Assembly (NCBI RefSeq): GCF_001949145.1
Contig: NW_019091356.1
Location: forward strand, 3,392,934-3,456,933
Source of the DNA: Acanthaster planci
Taxonomy: Eukaryota
Length of the DNA: 64,000 bases
Reading direction: 5' to 3'
Each line of letters starts with the position of its first letter. Position 1 is the first letter of the stretch. This document shows positions 49,327 through 61,735 of this stretch, piece after piece. The notes under the pieces were generated by a model that saw only the letters and a program-made list of their open reading frames with translations, was not told where the DNA came from and made no database searches. The translations under genes and the position numbers were made by a program.

Positions 49327-49698
49327 GCTTTATATGTCTTACAGGGCTCCAGTTTTGCTTACCAGAAATATATCACTTAGCAGATGTGTGCACTGAACAT
49401 AAGCTGGCAACCAGTCACGTGCAGTGCATATTGGATGATACTTACATGAGCTGCTTTCGAAGCAAATAAGGCCATGCCTGAATTTATTGTCTGCAGCTTA
49501 GACTCAAACGGAATTTCAAGCCGCAGCTGAGTAATGCAGATATGCCCTCTCTTCTGTGCAAAGCAAATTTTTGCGCTTACCAGGTCGGTGACATTGGCCT
49601 TTGGAGGTCAGATTTCTCAGGTTTCCCAACCAGCAGTGCGTGTATTAGGAGTCTAGAAACTAGACCATAGAGTGTCTGTACTGTAAAACTAGAACTTA

Positions 49699-49822
49699 GG
49701 CTGTGTCTAGTTTATCTGGCTGCGACTTGAAATAATACACGACTCTATGAGAATTCGCTGCCGCCTCATACCATAGGTTCCTGTGTAATTTTAAGCCACA
49801 ACCAATTAAGTTGGACATGGCC
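49699..49822. mobile_element. PIF/Harbinger-type MITE in the 3'UTR of ABCB1 copy 2, representative of a dispersed family
   Basis: TTA TSD at 49696-49698 and 49823-49825; TIRs GGCTGTGTCT / GGACATGGCC. Related copies sharing TGTGGCTTGAAATTACAC / AAGCCACAGCC motifs occur near 2095-2140, 40040-40150, 48146-48350 and 61110-61247. Confidence 0.7.
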
Positions 49823-52800
49823 TTACATACTCTTGTTGTAGAGAAATTTTCAGACGAGTGGTGGTGTGAATGTGCAAACTCTTTAAATGGGTAAGAAAGG
49901 TGAAAAGAAACTATCATTGATCAAGCAGAAATTTTTACAAAATACTACTGAAAATATGGACATTTTAGTACATATGCAGTGATTTGTTGAACATGTGAGA
50001 AATATTGTAATCTTTGTCCTCAGCAGCAGAATGGTTTTAAAAGCGGGGGGGAGGGAGCCCTGCCCATGAGACTGAAAAGAATACATTATGAAGTTGCAAT
50101 GTACCTCCAATGGCTGGTAGGCCTATAAAGTGGGGGAAAAATAACTACCTCTGGCAATGGCCCCGTGGTTCTGCCACCGTTGTTTTGTATATGTATGCTT
50201 GTGGTAATGGAATATTCTTCAGTCAATTAAAAATTGTAAGCGCAAGAGTATGTCGCAGAAAGCGTGTACTCATGTTATTCTAATTCTGTCAATGCATTCA
50301 CTTGGGTAATGTTTATATTTCTACCTCTAAAACTGTAAGAATCTGTACTTTTGGTACTTTTTTGCAGTTTGCTCAAGTGTGTATTTTCATTTTAACCTCT
50401 TGCTGCATATGTGGTTACATTTCATGTTGGAATTGAGTCCTTTGCCGGGTACACTGCTCCTGGTGTCTGCTCCTTGTGCATGTTCAGATGAAAGCCAGTT
50501 TTGTAACTATTTGTGCACATTCAGATGAAAAACAGTGACTGGTATGCATTAAGTCATATTAGTGCAAATAAGGCATCACTGCATTTTGAGTATGTAAACC
50601 ATGCCATTGACTGTATACAGAATTGCACAAGTGTAAACTTTCAATGCACTGTATACCAATTTTAGGGCTTTACTTTCTTTGTTCCAGGTGCATAAATGTC
50701 AGGATGTTATATTTAGTTAAAAGTGTAGAAAATATTCCTTGTATGACGATCTTGTAGTGCAAAATCTGCATATATTGTTGGCAAAAGAGAGTGTATATAA
50801 AACATGACTGTATCTTTTCAGTTACAGGTACTGTAAGATCGAGGGGAAGTGAGTATAATTTTGGGTATTGGATCTTAAACTTTCTTCTGAAGCCAGTGCT
50901 TCTCGTTCTACGCACTTAAAATTGCTCATTCACAAAGGTTTCATGACTGACAAGTCTGATTTTTTTCCATGGACTGATTTATATGAAGATGAATGAGAAC
51001 ATCATTGTCATTTGCAGTATTCCTTTGTAAAGTGAGCACTGATTGATCCACATTCCACAATTTTACCCAGCAAAGTTTTTAAACAGGTGTGTAGAAGCTC
51101 AAACTGTACGTAACTTTTATTGTAACTTGCTGCTCTTTGGGGTATTTGCAGTTTTGTGGTCACCTATCATTTGCCTCTATTCTTGGTTCATACTTTGCAG
51201 CTTATTTGAGAAGGAAATATAAATGTGATTTTCTGAAAGGAGACCTCCGTTTAGTTTAGGGTCATTCCTCCGTTTGTTAACTACTGAAACACTGCACCCC
51301 CAGCAAAGTAAATTTGTAAAAAAAAAACATTTCCCATTTGATCAATTTTTACGAGTCTGTATTTTGGTTCCATAAGTTTTACCCTGAAAAGAAATTTTTT
51401 CATGAAAATCATGACGTTGAAGTAAAAAGACAACTTCCAACTGTCTTTGTCACATGTATGTTCACATTGTATGTACACATGGTTTTGTTTGTATTTGTCT
51501 GCCAGCGTATGCTATCATGCAGCAGCCTCTTTTTCTTGGAGAGGGGCGATCTGTCAAACAGCAATGAAAAGTGACACTGAAACCGGCCTGATGTACAATA
51601 TGTTACAAAGAGGTCTTTATGTACCGTCAAAAAGAGATACTGTGACTTGGTCAAATGCCGACATGGCTTAAAAATTAGAGATGGAATCAAGTCGGACCAC
51701 AAATCAGTTCATAAGTCGGACCATAAATCAGTTCAGAACTAACGAGGGAAACAATGAGTAGGGAATGAGTTGACTAAAGGGCTGAATGACTCGTACCTGA
51801 CTTGTGATGACTGGATTCCATCTATTCAAAATTATGGAAGATCATCAGAAAGACTGAGGGCTGTGTGGCCCGGTCTCCAGTAACTTCGAGTTAGGTCAAC
51901 ATTGCATGACTGTCAACACTCTCAAATTGGCCATGTGAAGTAAGTCCTGATCTTTACTACTGACCATTTTACAGGAGAGGACATGTAAAAATGGTCTAGC
52001 TACAAGACACGTGAGCATGACTGACAGGGTAAGCACCTCCATTTTCACTGATTATTAGAAATGCATTTCCAAAGTTCAAATTTTTAAGGATCACATTTTT
52101 AAGTCATCATTTCAGAATATGGCGCTGCGTTAAAACTGTATTTACAAGCTTAATAGTTTTCGAATACAAATGAATTATTTACAAATCAGATTTTGCTCAA
52201 AATATATCAACCCCAACTCCTTGGGGTGTGTGTGTCAAATTGTAGAGGACTGAAAACATAATTCTAACTTCTACGTAAGTCAATCTACAAAAACTAGTTA
52301 GTTTTATCTTCCCTTTATGTGTCAACAGGCTTCAAGCCCACACACTAACTGGTGGCCGTCTGACATCTGCTTAATATTTACTGATGGTATCACGTGTGTT
52401 GGGGGCAGACGTCAATCAACTGACTTTTTATGGCCGCAGCATTTTCGGGGGAACTTGCAAACCCAGGTCGTGTTCTAAATGGGAAAGGCATTTGAAACGA
52501 GAGTGCAGGGGTCGGATATCCTTCACAGACCATCCCCCATATCTGGGGGCACGTAGTCATCTGTTGGTGGGCCTGTCACGTAAACAGAGTACAGCTCCCT
52601 CCCTACATCAAAGCAGAAATGAACCCAAAAAAATAATGTCAGTGGCATGCAGTAATAGGCCACACCACGGTGTAGCCAAAGGCAAAATCGGCCAGTGATC
52701 TTGGGTAACCATTCCGGATTTCGTGAGCAAAAGCAGGAAACAGAAGTTGCAGGAACAAAACATGTCGCCATGACAACCCAAAGGCGAAAACAGTTCACCC

Positions 52801-52974
52801 AACAAACGAGGAGTAGCTTTTTGTCAAGAGAGCTAATTGACCGCTAAAGACACTGTTCTTGTGAGTTCCATTCCAAGATGGACATTTGTTGAAAATCACG
52901 GTGGGCGATGTGACGGCATTGCCATGTGTCGTTAACTGACACTTGTGAAAAAATCGTAGTGCAAAGCTGACAAC

Positions 52975-53235
52975 CTGTATGACTACACAGTTTGATTAGG
53001 GACCGTGACCCATTATTTTCTGATCTGTAAGACTGCAGTTTGATTAGGGACCGTGACCCATCATTTTCTGATCTGAAAGCCTGTATGACTGCAGTTTGAT
53101 TAGGGACCGTGACCCATTATTTTCTGATCTGTAAGACTGCAGTTTGATTAGGGACCGTGACCCATCATTTTCTGATCTGAAAGCCTGTATGACTGCAGTT
53201 TGATTAGGGACCGTGACCCATCATTTTCAAATCTG
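52975..53235. repeat. Minisatellite with higher-order 104-bp (48+56) structure, 5 monomers
   Basis: Core TTTGATTAGGGACCGTGACCCAT starts at 52991, 53039, 53095, 53143 and 53199. Confidence 0.95.
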
Positions 53236-53285
53236 CGTATTCAGGGACTTTATCCAGCAGACTCAAATATGAGTAAGTGTAATGG

Positions 53286-56200
53286 TCACTCACCAATCTT
53301 TCCTATAAGGTCCACAACTTCAAATGCTTTGAGTCGCCTGTTGATGACATGCTGGATGAAGTGACGCAGCCTTTCGTCAATGTTGGAAGGCAACTTCACT
53401 TGCTGAGAATTTGTCTAAAAGGGAAAAAAGATGTACATGTAAGAGCCGAATTCGTAAATACGTTTTTCTCCTCATAACGATGACATAAATGAGAAAAAAG
53501 CAGTTGTGTTTACCCTGCTTTCATAGTCCAGTGAGGAAGTGCATCCCCCAAGAAGGCGAATGTATACAAATATAGCGCACCACACATCGTAATACTCGTC
53601 ATCACGAACATCTTGTTCTCTGCCTGATGAACAACACAAAAGCAAAAATATGGTACTAAGTGTGCGACAATCAAAACGCATATGTCAGAACCAACAAGAT
53701 TGTCATAAATGAAGTGGTATTTCCAAGGATTCCGCTATAAAGAGCCAAAGTCAGAAAAAAAAGAAGAGTGGACAACAAAAGAAAAAGACAACTGTGAATG
53801 CAGATGGGACACAGCCTCGGTAACGTTAGATGTGACAGGCGAAGAATTCCTCCACCCTCAAAAAAAAAAAAAAAAAAGAACTTTGATATCACTTTGTGCC
53901 ATCAGGAAAAAATTCACCAAAAGTGTATCTTATCTTACCCGTGATCCTCTTGGATTCGCCAAAATCGATCAACCTGAGGCGTACCCTGTCCAGGCTCGGG
54001 CTAACCAAGATGTTGTTGCCTGCAAGAAGTTAAACATTGCACCACTTCAAGTAAAATACGGTCAAATATGCTACCGTTTCCAATAGATCTGGGTCTGCAG
54101 GTGACCAAGTGCTTAGGGCTTGTGACTCCTGCTCAGTAGGTCGGCGGTTCGAATCTAGCTGCTGGCCAGAAGTTGTGACCGTCAGTGAGCCACTTAAATA
54201 AGCCCTACTTGTACTTGCCCATCTTTACCCAGGAATATAAATGAGTATCAGCATTAGCTTAGGAGCAACCTGCAATGGACAGACATCCCATCAAGGGGGA
54301 CAGGGGGTTGGGGAATGCGAGGGAGGCTGGAATACAAATATTCTGTCGTATCAAGCCAAGGAAGCCAGGGATAAACATTGGCGTGATGAGCCTCACGGCT
54401 TGAAACAGACTTGCTAATAGGGGAAGCATGAACACTACATGTTAATTGTGTTGAATTCTAAGAACTTGTTGAAGCCTGTTCCGTATCGCCATGTTAGAAG
54501 AGATTGAAGTCCAATTATAAAAACTGAAAGAATGAACTGACAAGATGAGAGGTTTACCGTGAATGTCTTTGTGTATAATCTTCAGGCCATGCATGTAAGC
54601 CAATGCTTGAAAAAGCTGGTCCATCAAACCCAGCGCCTGCATCTGGTCAATGCGGAAGTTGCGTCCTTCCCTGAAACTCTCCAGCGTCCGGAAGCCAGGA
54701 TTGTACTCCGAGAGGAACATGATAGTGACGTCCGTCCGGATGAGGCCCAGGAAGCGCACGATAAAAGGAGAGCGGTCGGTCAAATGGCACCAATTCACTG
54801 CCTCGTTGACTTGAAAATCTTTAAGTTTGATCTGTAAACGAACAGTTGCAAAAGTGAGGGCTTTTCGTGCTCTCCGTCTTGGCGTACATCAGCATGCATG
54901 CTCGGCTTTGTACAATGCACCCAGAGTATGCGCCATCTTCAATTAGTTATAAGTGGGATGTAACAAGGAGAAACGACATGTAAAAGGGGAAGTCTATGGT
55001 TCGAGAGTAGAAATGATGATCTCTAGTTGATACTTTGAGTTTTGATGATTATGTTAGAGCTACTGGTGGAAACTATTCGCAAATGACAGGCCTGTGATTT
55101 GAATGCTTTGCCATGAATAACAACTTGTTGCATGTACTTACGTATTTGGCCACGGCGTCCTGTTTGGTCCTCTTGTCTCTGATGATGCTAACCTCACCAT
55201 ATGACCCTTCCCCTAGTGGTGGGACCAATTTGTCGAACTCTGCGTTTTCCCGATAGTTGTTGTTGTTGATATGCAACTGTTAAACGTACAGAGTTAAAGG
55301 AAATACCTGAGAAGTGTATTTTTTTAACAGCAGCAAATAACATCTCACAAAGAATTCGTCCCAATGATATCCCAATTTGTAAAATGAGGCTGCTAAGCAG
55401 GCAGTCTCAATAAAGTACATGTACATGTATATGGCAAAGTGCACCATAAACACACACTCAATTATGAAAGGAGGGCCCCCAGAATGCTACACAAAAGGCA
55501 GGCTGATGACTTGGTAAAGAAATTTGACCAAGAGAAACAGCTGAAATCAAATGTACATGTAACTGCTAGCTTCGCATTCCAGCCACTGCGAAAAATAATC
55601 TAAAAATGAAGGGGCACTAATTCAGAAATGAAAAATGTTGAAGTTTTTCATCGAAATTCTTTGCCTTTTTTCAGACACTGACCATAGACTTTGTGCGCAA
55701 GGTGAGATGGTTGTCGCATATGAACTCTTTCTAAAAAGGTGCAAGTACCAACCTTTTCGCCTTTCAACAATATTCCATCCTGTCCTGGAAGTGTCAATCC
55801 CTGCTTTCTTATCTCATCTTGCTTTTCAGCAAAATTTTTCAAATCGGCCAGACTGCCATAGTTCACCCCTCCACGCAGCGGATCTCTGGCAAGGTCAGGC
55901 TGGACTGCTATGTTGTCCAAGGTTTGCTGAATATTAGGCTGGTCCCGGAGATAAGTAGCGGCCGGTGTGTTAGATATGGAATCCCCTGCTGCATCCAAGT
56001 GAACCTGGGCCCCACTTGGGCTGCCATGCTCGGGCAAAACAGGCAGCTCGACTCCGGAATCAATGGAAGCGACGCCTCCTTGGGGCTCGTCCTGATTGGC
56101 CTGGCTGTTACCGGCTGCATCTATGCAACTTGGGTCCTGTCGTCTCTGAATTAGCTGTCCAATGCCTTGGTGGTCTCCAGCTTGGACTTCTGATGGGTTA

Positions 56201-56823
56201 CCAACCCTGTCAAACAGGTTTAACAGACTCAACACTTTCTGATTTGCATAAACAGTCACAATAATCATTCAAATCAATATTCTGTGATTCTTAACTGGTG
56301 CCCAAAACTGCAGGAAAGAGTTCCGTATGAGGATTACACTAATTTTCCCTTAGAACGTTTTAACAGCTTTCAGAAAGTGATAACGTGTCCTAAAAAGTGA
56401 AACTTAGCAAAAAAAATTCTGAAGCATTTACTTGAAAAACATATAGCTTTTTCAGACAAGTACGTTTTTGCACAGCGGCATCAAATGTTTTCTGTTTATG
56501 AAACTCTTTCCAAACTGTATCTCCAGCCACGACAGACTTTTGTTTGACCGGAACTGATCCAAATATGCTTTTGTTGTTGCCATATTCTCGTGGTCAGAGG
56601 CTGTTCCATTTATTGCACTCACGTCTGGGCAAAGGGGCAACTCTCCGTTCACTTTGTACAGGGATTGCATGTTTTCCTCCTTTTTTGCTGCAACATGATA
56701 CAAGTAACTGAAACCTTTTTGGCACGGTGTGGGAGATACAGTGCATATATAATAAATTTCAGGCATATTTGATGAAAAGGTTAGGAGTTTAGTCATGTCC
56801 ATGAATGGAACTCTCTCCCTCAT
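53286..56823 (-). CDS. NIK (MAP3K14)/Tpl2 (MAP3K8)-like Ser/Thr kinase with truncated activation segment, about 520 aa (start and final exon uncertain)
   Basis: Exons 56823(?)-56464, 56238-55753, 55276-55142, 54831-54558, 54019-53939, 53623-53514, 53414-53286 (or donor at 53293 to a terminal exon at 51738-51728). Motifs: DGILLKGEKLHINNNNYRE (NIK-type N-terminal extension), GEGSYGEV, AVAK, alphaC Glu (VNEAV), IIHKDIHGNNILV, LIDFG, YDVW. Probable non-coding first exon ends near 59965. Confidence 0.75.
54100..54412 (+). mobile_element. tRNA-derived SINE, full-length-like, in a kinase intron
   Basis: A-box-like GTGACCAAGTGCTTAGG, B box GGTTCGAATC, core TTTACCCAGGAATATAAATGAGTA...CCTGCAATGGACAGACATCCCATCAAGGGGG, tail TGATGAGCC...CAGACTT. 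Confidence 0.7.
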
Positions 56824-58700
56824 GGATTTCCCCCTGCAATGGTTCACCTGCCATTAGAAAGCGACACGCCTTCAACAACATAAAAAGCCAAAGACGGCAG
56901 GGAAACTACGGAAGGGGAAGAATTCCACATACAGACGCCAATTATTATTCCCTGCAGTGACCTATTAACCTTCAGAAAGCAAAACATGTCCAGAAAAGTT
57001 CAATTTAGGAGCGAAAAAGCCAGGTCGTTTACTTAGAAAAACAGAATATTTCAGACCAGTCCCATGGGGTGTCAAGTGGCATCTGTTTAGATGGAACTGT
57101 GACTGATGTGAAGTTAGGTCCTTGTTCCTCGTTCAACATTCAATATTGAACAAGTAACTGATATTCCAGCGAAACTGTTGGACATTCAGGGTGCATACCC
57201 CTAAAATTGATGGAGTGCAAAATGAGAAAAGTTAAAACACACTCCCCCACCATGCACATCCTTCCAATGTACTCAGTTTACATTGTACGTGCCAGATCAC
57301 AGTGATGCATACACAAACAACTTTCTTCCACAGAGGGAATCAAGGGCAACAGGTTTTCGGGGTCAAACAAGTCCTGAACTGTTGGCGACGTTTTTTTACT
57401 GCAGTTTCATTATTAAAGGGAAAAATGGTTGTTTAAATACATGTACTTTTTAAATACCATTTCATTGAAACTATTCCAATCCATCGAAATAATATGCATC
57501 AATCCCATGCCCGTTGAATCCATTTCAACCTGGGCAAGGCACTATTTTCCACTTTCGAAACCGCTTTGACTAAAGTCTCGTCCACGGGGCACGTATGTTT
57601 CAGAGGGAAATTATTAACTGTGCATGTCCCATTTTTAGGGTCATTTGCATGCGTAATAAGGCCATGGGAATTCATGTCAGGTAAACAGCTGCTTCGTTTC
57701 ATGAAATTTACATCTTATTTTCACTTTTTGGAAATAAAAATTCCTGCCCCAAATATTTTCACGGTAAGCTAAGGCCTTTTCCTAACGTGTTATGTGAAAG
57801 TAAAATTGAGAAATAGTACCAGAGTAGTCAAAACTAGTGATTGTTGTGAAAAGCTCTTTTCGTAAGCGGTAGCGTGTTTACGTTTTGATGCGATTTTTGA
57901 AGGCTCTAAACAAAGAATTGGAAGTCTTCCTAAAGTTTTCAAAAGTGGACTGTGGTGGAGGTGTGAAGGTTTTAGATTTGCTGATGGTTTTCCGTTAGAT
58001 TTTTTTCTCTTCCCGACCAGACGCATTTGCATATCGACTGCTTCCGTTCGTCCCACATAATCTTACAGCCTTGTGAGCGTAAGAATTTAGTGACTCGGGG
58101 ACGAAAGATGAACACAAAAGTATAATAAGTTTACTATTGAAGCCGAGGTCAATCTGTCATTATGAAATTGCCAGGAAAATGTTGAAATTTAACGTATATA
58201 TTGCCAGTTTTACATGTACTATCCATGCATGAACCACATGAACATGTACACCGGCTCCGTCGAAAATTTCCATGTACATGTACGCCGCAGTACGCATGTA
58301 CAACGTAACAGGCCGCAGTATACCGTGCATGATACGTGGCTGGATTGGTTTTGTGCATGTAAAACACGTATAGATCGCGCTGCGCAGAAGTATAAAATAT
58401 AACTCATGAAAGTTAACCAAAACAAATCTACATGTAGCTACATAGAACTGATTGTACCATGTCGTATGCAGTGTCTCACTGTTCTGGGAAACTTCTAAAA
58501 TTGAGAAATTTAGTGGAAAAAAGACCAAGTGATCGATTGAAAATGGAAATAATTTATCATCTTAGCAACCACTTTGAGGCTAAATTTCATATTTATGTAG
58601 CATTTCTTTTCCTGATTCAGTCGTATTTTTTCTCCGATTTAAGCCTTCTGGAGCACATACAAAGAGTTTCAATGTGATCGTTCGTTAACTTTGTGCAAAC

Positions 58701-59062
58701 CATAGACCTGGAGGAGAAAAATACAATGGACTGCCAACTCCTGCGCTGCGACCGTCACGTGTCACTGCGCACGTAATTTTGCCTTGGAATTCTTTATTTT
58801 TCATGTTTTTCGGGGATAAAATAAAAACTCAACCCCCTATTTGTATCTTTAAGCGCTGCTTCCAACAACTGCACAATTATTACCTGGAAAATTATGCCAT
58901 TTCGAGTATTTCTGTGTTACGCATTGTGCTGCATGCACAATTTAACATACAGAGACCAGCAAAATGGAAGCTGTCGGTAACTTTGACACTTCCAATTGAC
59001 ACAAGATCGATGTGCACCCGCTGGAGTTGGCAGTCCATTGTATTTTCTCCTCCAGGTCTATG
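58701..59062. mobile_element. MITE with about 40-bp TIRs (CATAG...CTATG), 362 bp
   Basis: 58701-58741 CATAGACCTGGAGGAGAAAAATACAATGGACTGCCAACTCC is the inverted match (1-nt indel) of 59023-59062. Flanks TGCAAAC / TGCAAAT look like a 6-7 bp TSD. Confidence 0.85.
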
Positions 59063-60625
59063 TGCAAATAAAGTCTTCAAAAATGAGATGGCTCAACAGA
59101 GGATTGGCAAGTTGCTACGGACATTTTCATATGGTTCAGAGGGTCCAGTCAAGTAACCGCCGCGCAGTTGAAGTAATAAGTTCCACATGCCGAATGGGAG
59201 TGAAACCGGGGAAAGTGAATATATCACACCACACTTTTCAGAAAAAACGTTGCATCCTGTCTCCACTTTTTCTCATCATATATCATCTCAATAAAAGTCG
59301 GACATTACAGAAATGCTGGAAAGACACGAATTCTGGACCGACAAACATTTACGGATGTTGTTGGGAAATACTTCGAAAAGTTTCTTCACTCCCCATAGAC
59401 TTTGTACACAACTGCGGAAGTGGAGTCATGAGGTCAGCATGCAACATTTTTCCCCACTTCTCTCAAATCGAAATAAAATATCCATACCCTATGCCCTGCC
59501 TAGAGATCAGGCTAACTTGAATCTGATCTCATTGTTCATGCAGTGACGACTTGTAAGTTGTAGCAACCCGGGGCCTGCGGTGTTTTTCGGGGTCACACAA
59601 GCCCTATTAATGTATTTGGCACAGTTTGTTTCTTGTCCCCTTTGCACTTTACCGCTTTCAGGTTTTTTTCATGAATTCTTATTCAACGTTGAACGTCGAA
59701 CGTCAAACCAAACTTGGGAATAAGTAGGGCCTAGGTCCTAGGCCTAACTAACTTCACACCATCATGGATTCTGAGTTTCCATTTTACAAGTTTTAAGACA
59801 TAGCTACGCTAGTAACAGTTATCCCCTGACACCTGTAGCTACGTACAGCAGCAAAAGTTCACAAATTTGAAAAGTTTTGATCGACCAAACTTCATAATCA
59901 TATAGTGATAGGCATGGACATGAATTCAGATGTTTTGTGTGGGTCTAGGCTCAACGTTACTTACTGAACCGATGAGGCAAAATCGGCAGCCATTCTTTCT
60001 TCCCCGATTTGATCCATGGTTCCTTAAATAAGGCGGCTTATTACGCGGCCGTCAAATCCCGGCAGAGATCCAGGCTGTGCGCACACAAACCACGGCAAAC
60101 AAGCTGCCACCCTTGTTGTATGTAGATACTAGATGTAGGCAGTAGCACAGTTCAACGCCGAACGTCAGATCCCTGTGCACAGACTTCTGAAGGCTATCCG
60201 GCCGGGGTTGTCAAAATCAACGCTATGGCTCCTTGAGATGTGTAGGCCGAAAAGCCTATGTCCTACCTGGCACTTACGATCGCCGGCTTTTAATCTTTAA
60301 AAAGCAATAACTTGATTAAGCTCTAGCCTAGCTCTTGTGCCATCACGAATTAACTGGTTAAAGTCAGGCCTTTCTTACGCAGCACATACATGTACATGTA
60401 GTGCATGTAATGATGTAGGCCTACGTGGGGTTGAGGTCGACGGTCATGGCAGTGTTCGTGTTGTTGTAGATTAACTGCACCATATGGCAGACTAGCGCCA
60501 CAAGCAGTATAGTCAGCGTCACTCGTAGGTTGTTTGGGTATTCATCGCACATTATGTAAAAATGCACAAAGGAGAGAGAAAAAAATATGGCCCGGTGTTG
60601 TTCGTGCGACAAGCCTCCCTCTTTC

Positions 60626-61735
60626 ATTTTTTCCCGCGTCTTGGAATTCCCCGACATACTGTTTGCGGTGTTCTGATTGGCTTGCTGCATTGGGCTATAT
60701 ATGTAAGCCAATCCTAAAGCACCACCTTGGCCTTCCTGACCCTGGAAATGGTAGTCACTTGAGTCATGCGACTCCGTCACAATTCGCGCTTTTTGGCGGG
60801 AAAATCGGCGCCTTAATCAGTTTTGTTTTGTTAGGGTAAATCTTCTACCTGGTTTCTGAAGTCAACCACAAATAAACGCACGGAAAAGGCGATTGTGGAA
60901 AGGTAGACCTTTGTTAAACTTTTTTTAATTGCTTAACTTCTTTAAAGTGTTACGCCAGCAACTCCTTCTGTTGAGCTGCATTTTGCCCTTCCAAGTGTTC
61001 TGCATAGTGTGGGCGCGCGCTGGATGACGAGAGAACGTCTTTTACGCCTCAAGCACCCACATTTCTGGCTGTATGCATGATTTGGGCTGCGCCGCTGCGG
61101 CTTGAGTGCGGCCGTGTGACTTATCAAACTTCGCTGTGGCCTGAAGTTACGCACGAGCTACTCAGGCATCTTAATGGGCGGCCATAGACAGTTCCCACAG
61201 CGTTGTGTGTAATTTCAAGCCATAGCCAAGTTATTCGGATGCAGCCTACCAGCAGCCATTTTATAACCTGGTGGCATGGCTTCCCCGTACAGGCACACAT
61301 GCACGCGCACACAGCCATTCGTTTCCACCGTACCACAGACCAGCAGTGTACATGTACATGCACATTGCGTACCAAGGTATGCCCGGCGATGACTCATGGT
61401 GGTAAGTCGCTCTTAAGGCTTCGGCTTAGTTCCGAGCCGGCTCTGGCCATGGCACGTGTTCAACTGGTAGCTTGCGCTTTTTGGCGGGAAAAGTCAGTGT
61501 ATCTTTTTGTGTCATTGGAATTGCATCATCGCATCAGTTTTATTTTCTGCCAGTGAATTTTCTGGTTTCTGAAGTCAACCACGAATAAACACAAGCTTAC
61601 TGGCAGGACTGTCAGGACTTTTTACTGAAAGAAATTTCACTATATTTTGAAATTCAGACAGAAGAACACCCAGAAGTTGAATTAGGACGACAATGACGAC
61701 AAGGTAGGCCGCTAGTATCAGGCAGCCATCTTGGT
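60626..61735. promoter_or_regulatory. CpG-rich, probably bidirectional promoter region with kB, CCAAT, duplicated E2F module, CHR and YY1-like motifs
   Basis: GGAATTCCCC 60643-60652; ATTGG/CCAAT at about 60675 and 60708; TTTTGGCGGGAAAA at 60791-60804 and 61479-61492; TTTGAA 61646-61651; GCAGCCATCTTGG at about 61722. Minus-strand donor at 59964 and plus-strand donor AAG|GTAGGC at 61704. Confidence 0.5.

Noticed and set aside
54384..54412. Hammerhead-like TGATGAGCC-TCAC-GGCTTGAAAC in the SINE tail
   Set aside because: It lacks the core C of CUGANGA and any convincing stem I/III or NUH site, and it matches an ordinary SINE tail.
56210..56583. Death-fold (DED-like) domain at the kinase N-terminus
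   Set aside because: Only a vague helical pattern, which cannot be supported without a profile search.
57030..57200. Additional upstream coding exon of the kinase
   Set aside because: All three minus-strand frames contain stops after the acceptor at 57200, so it is at most 5'UTR.
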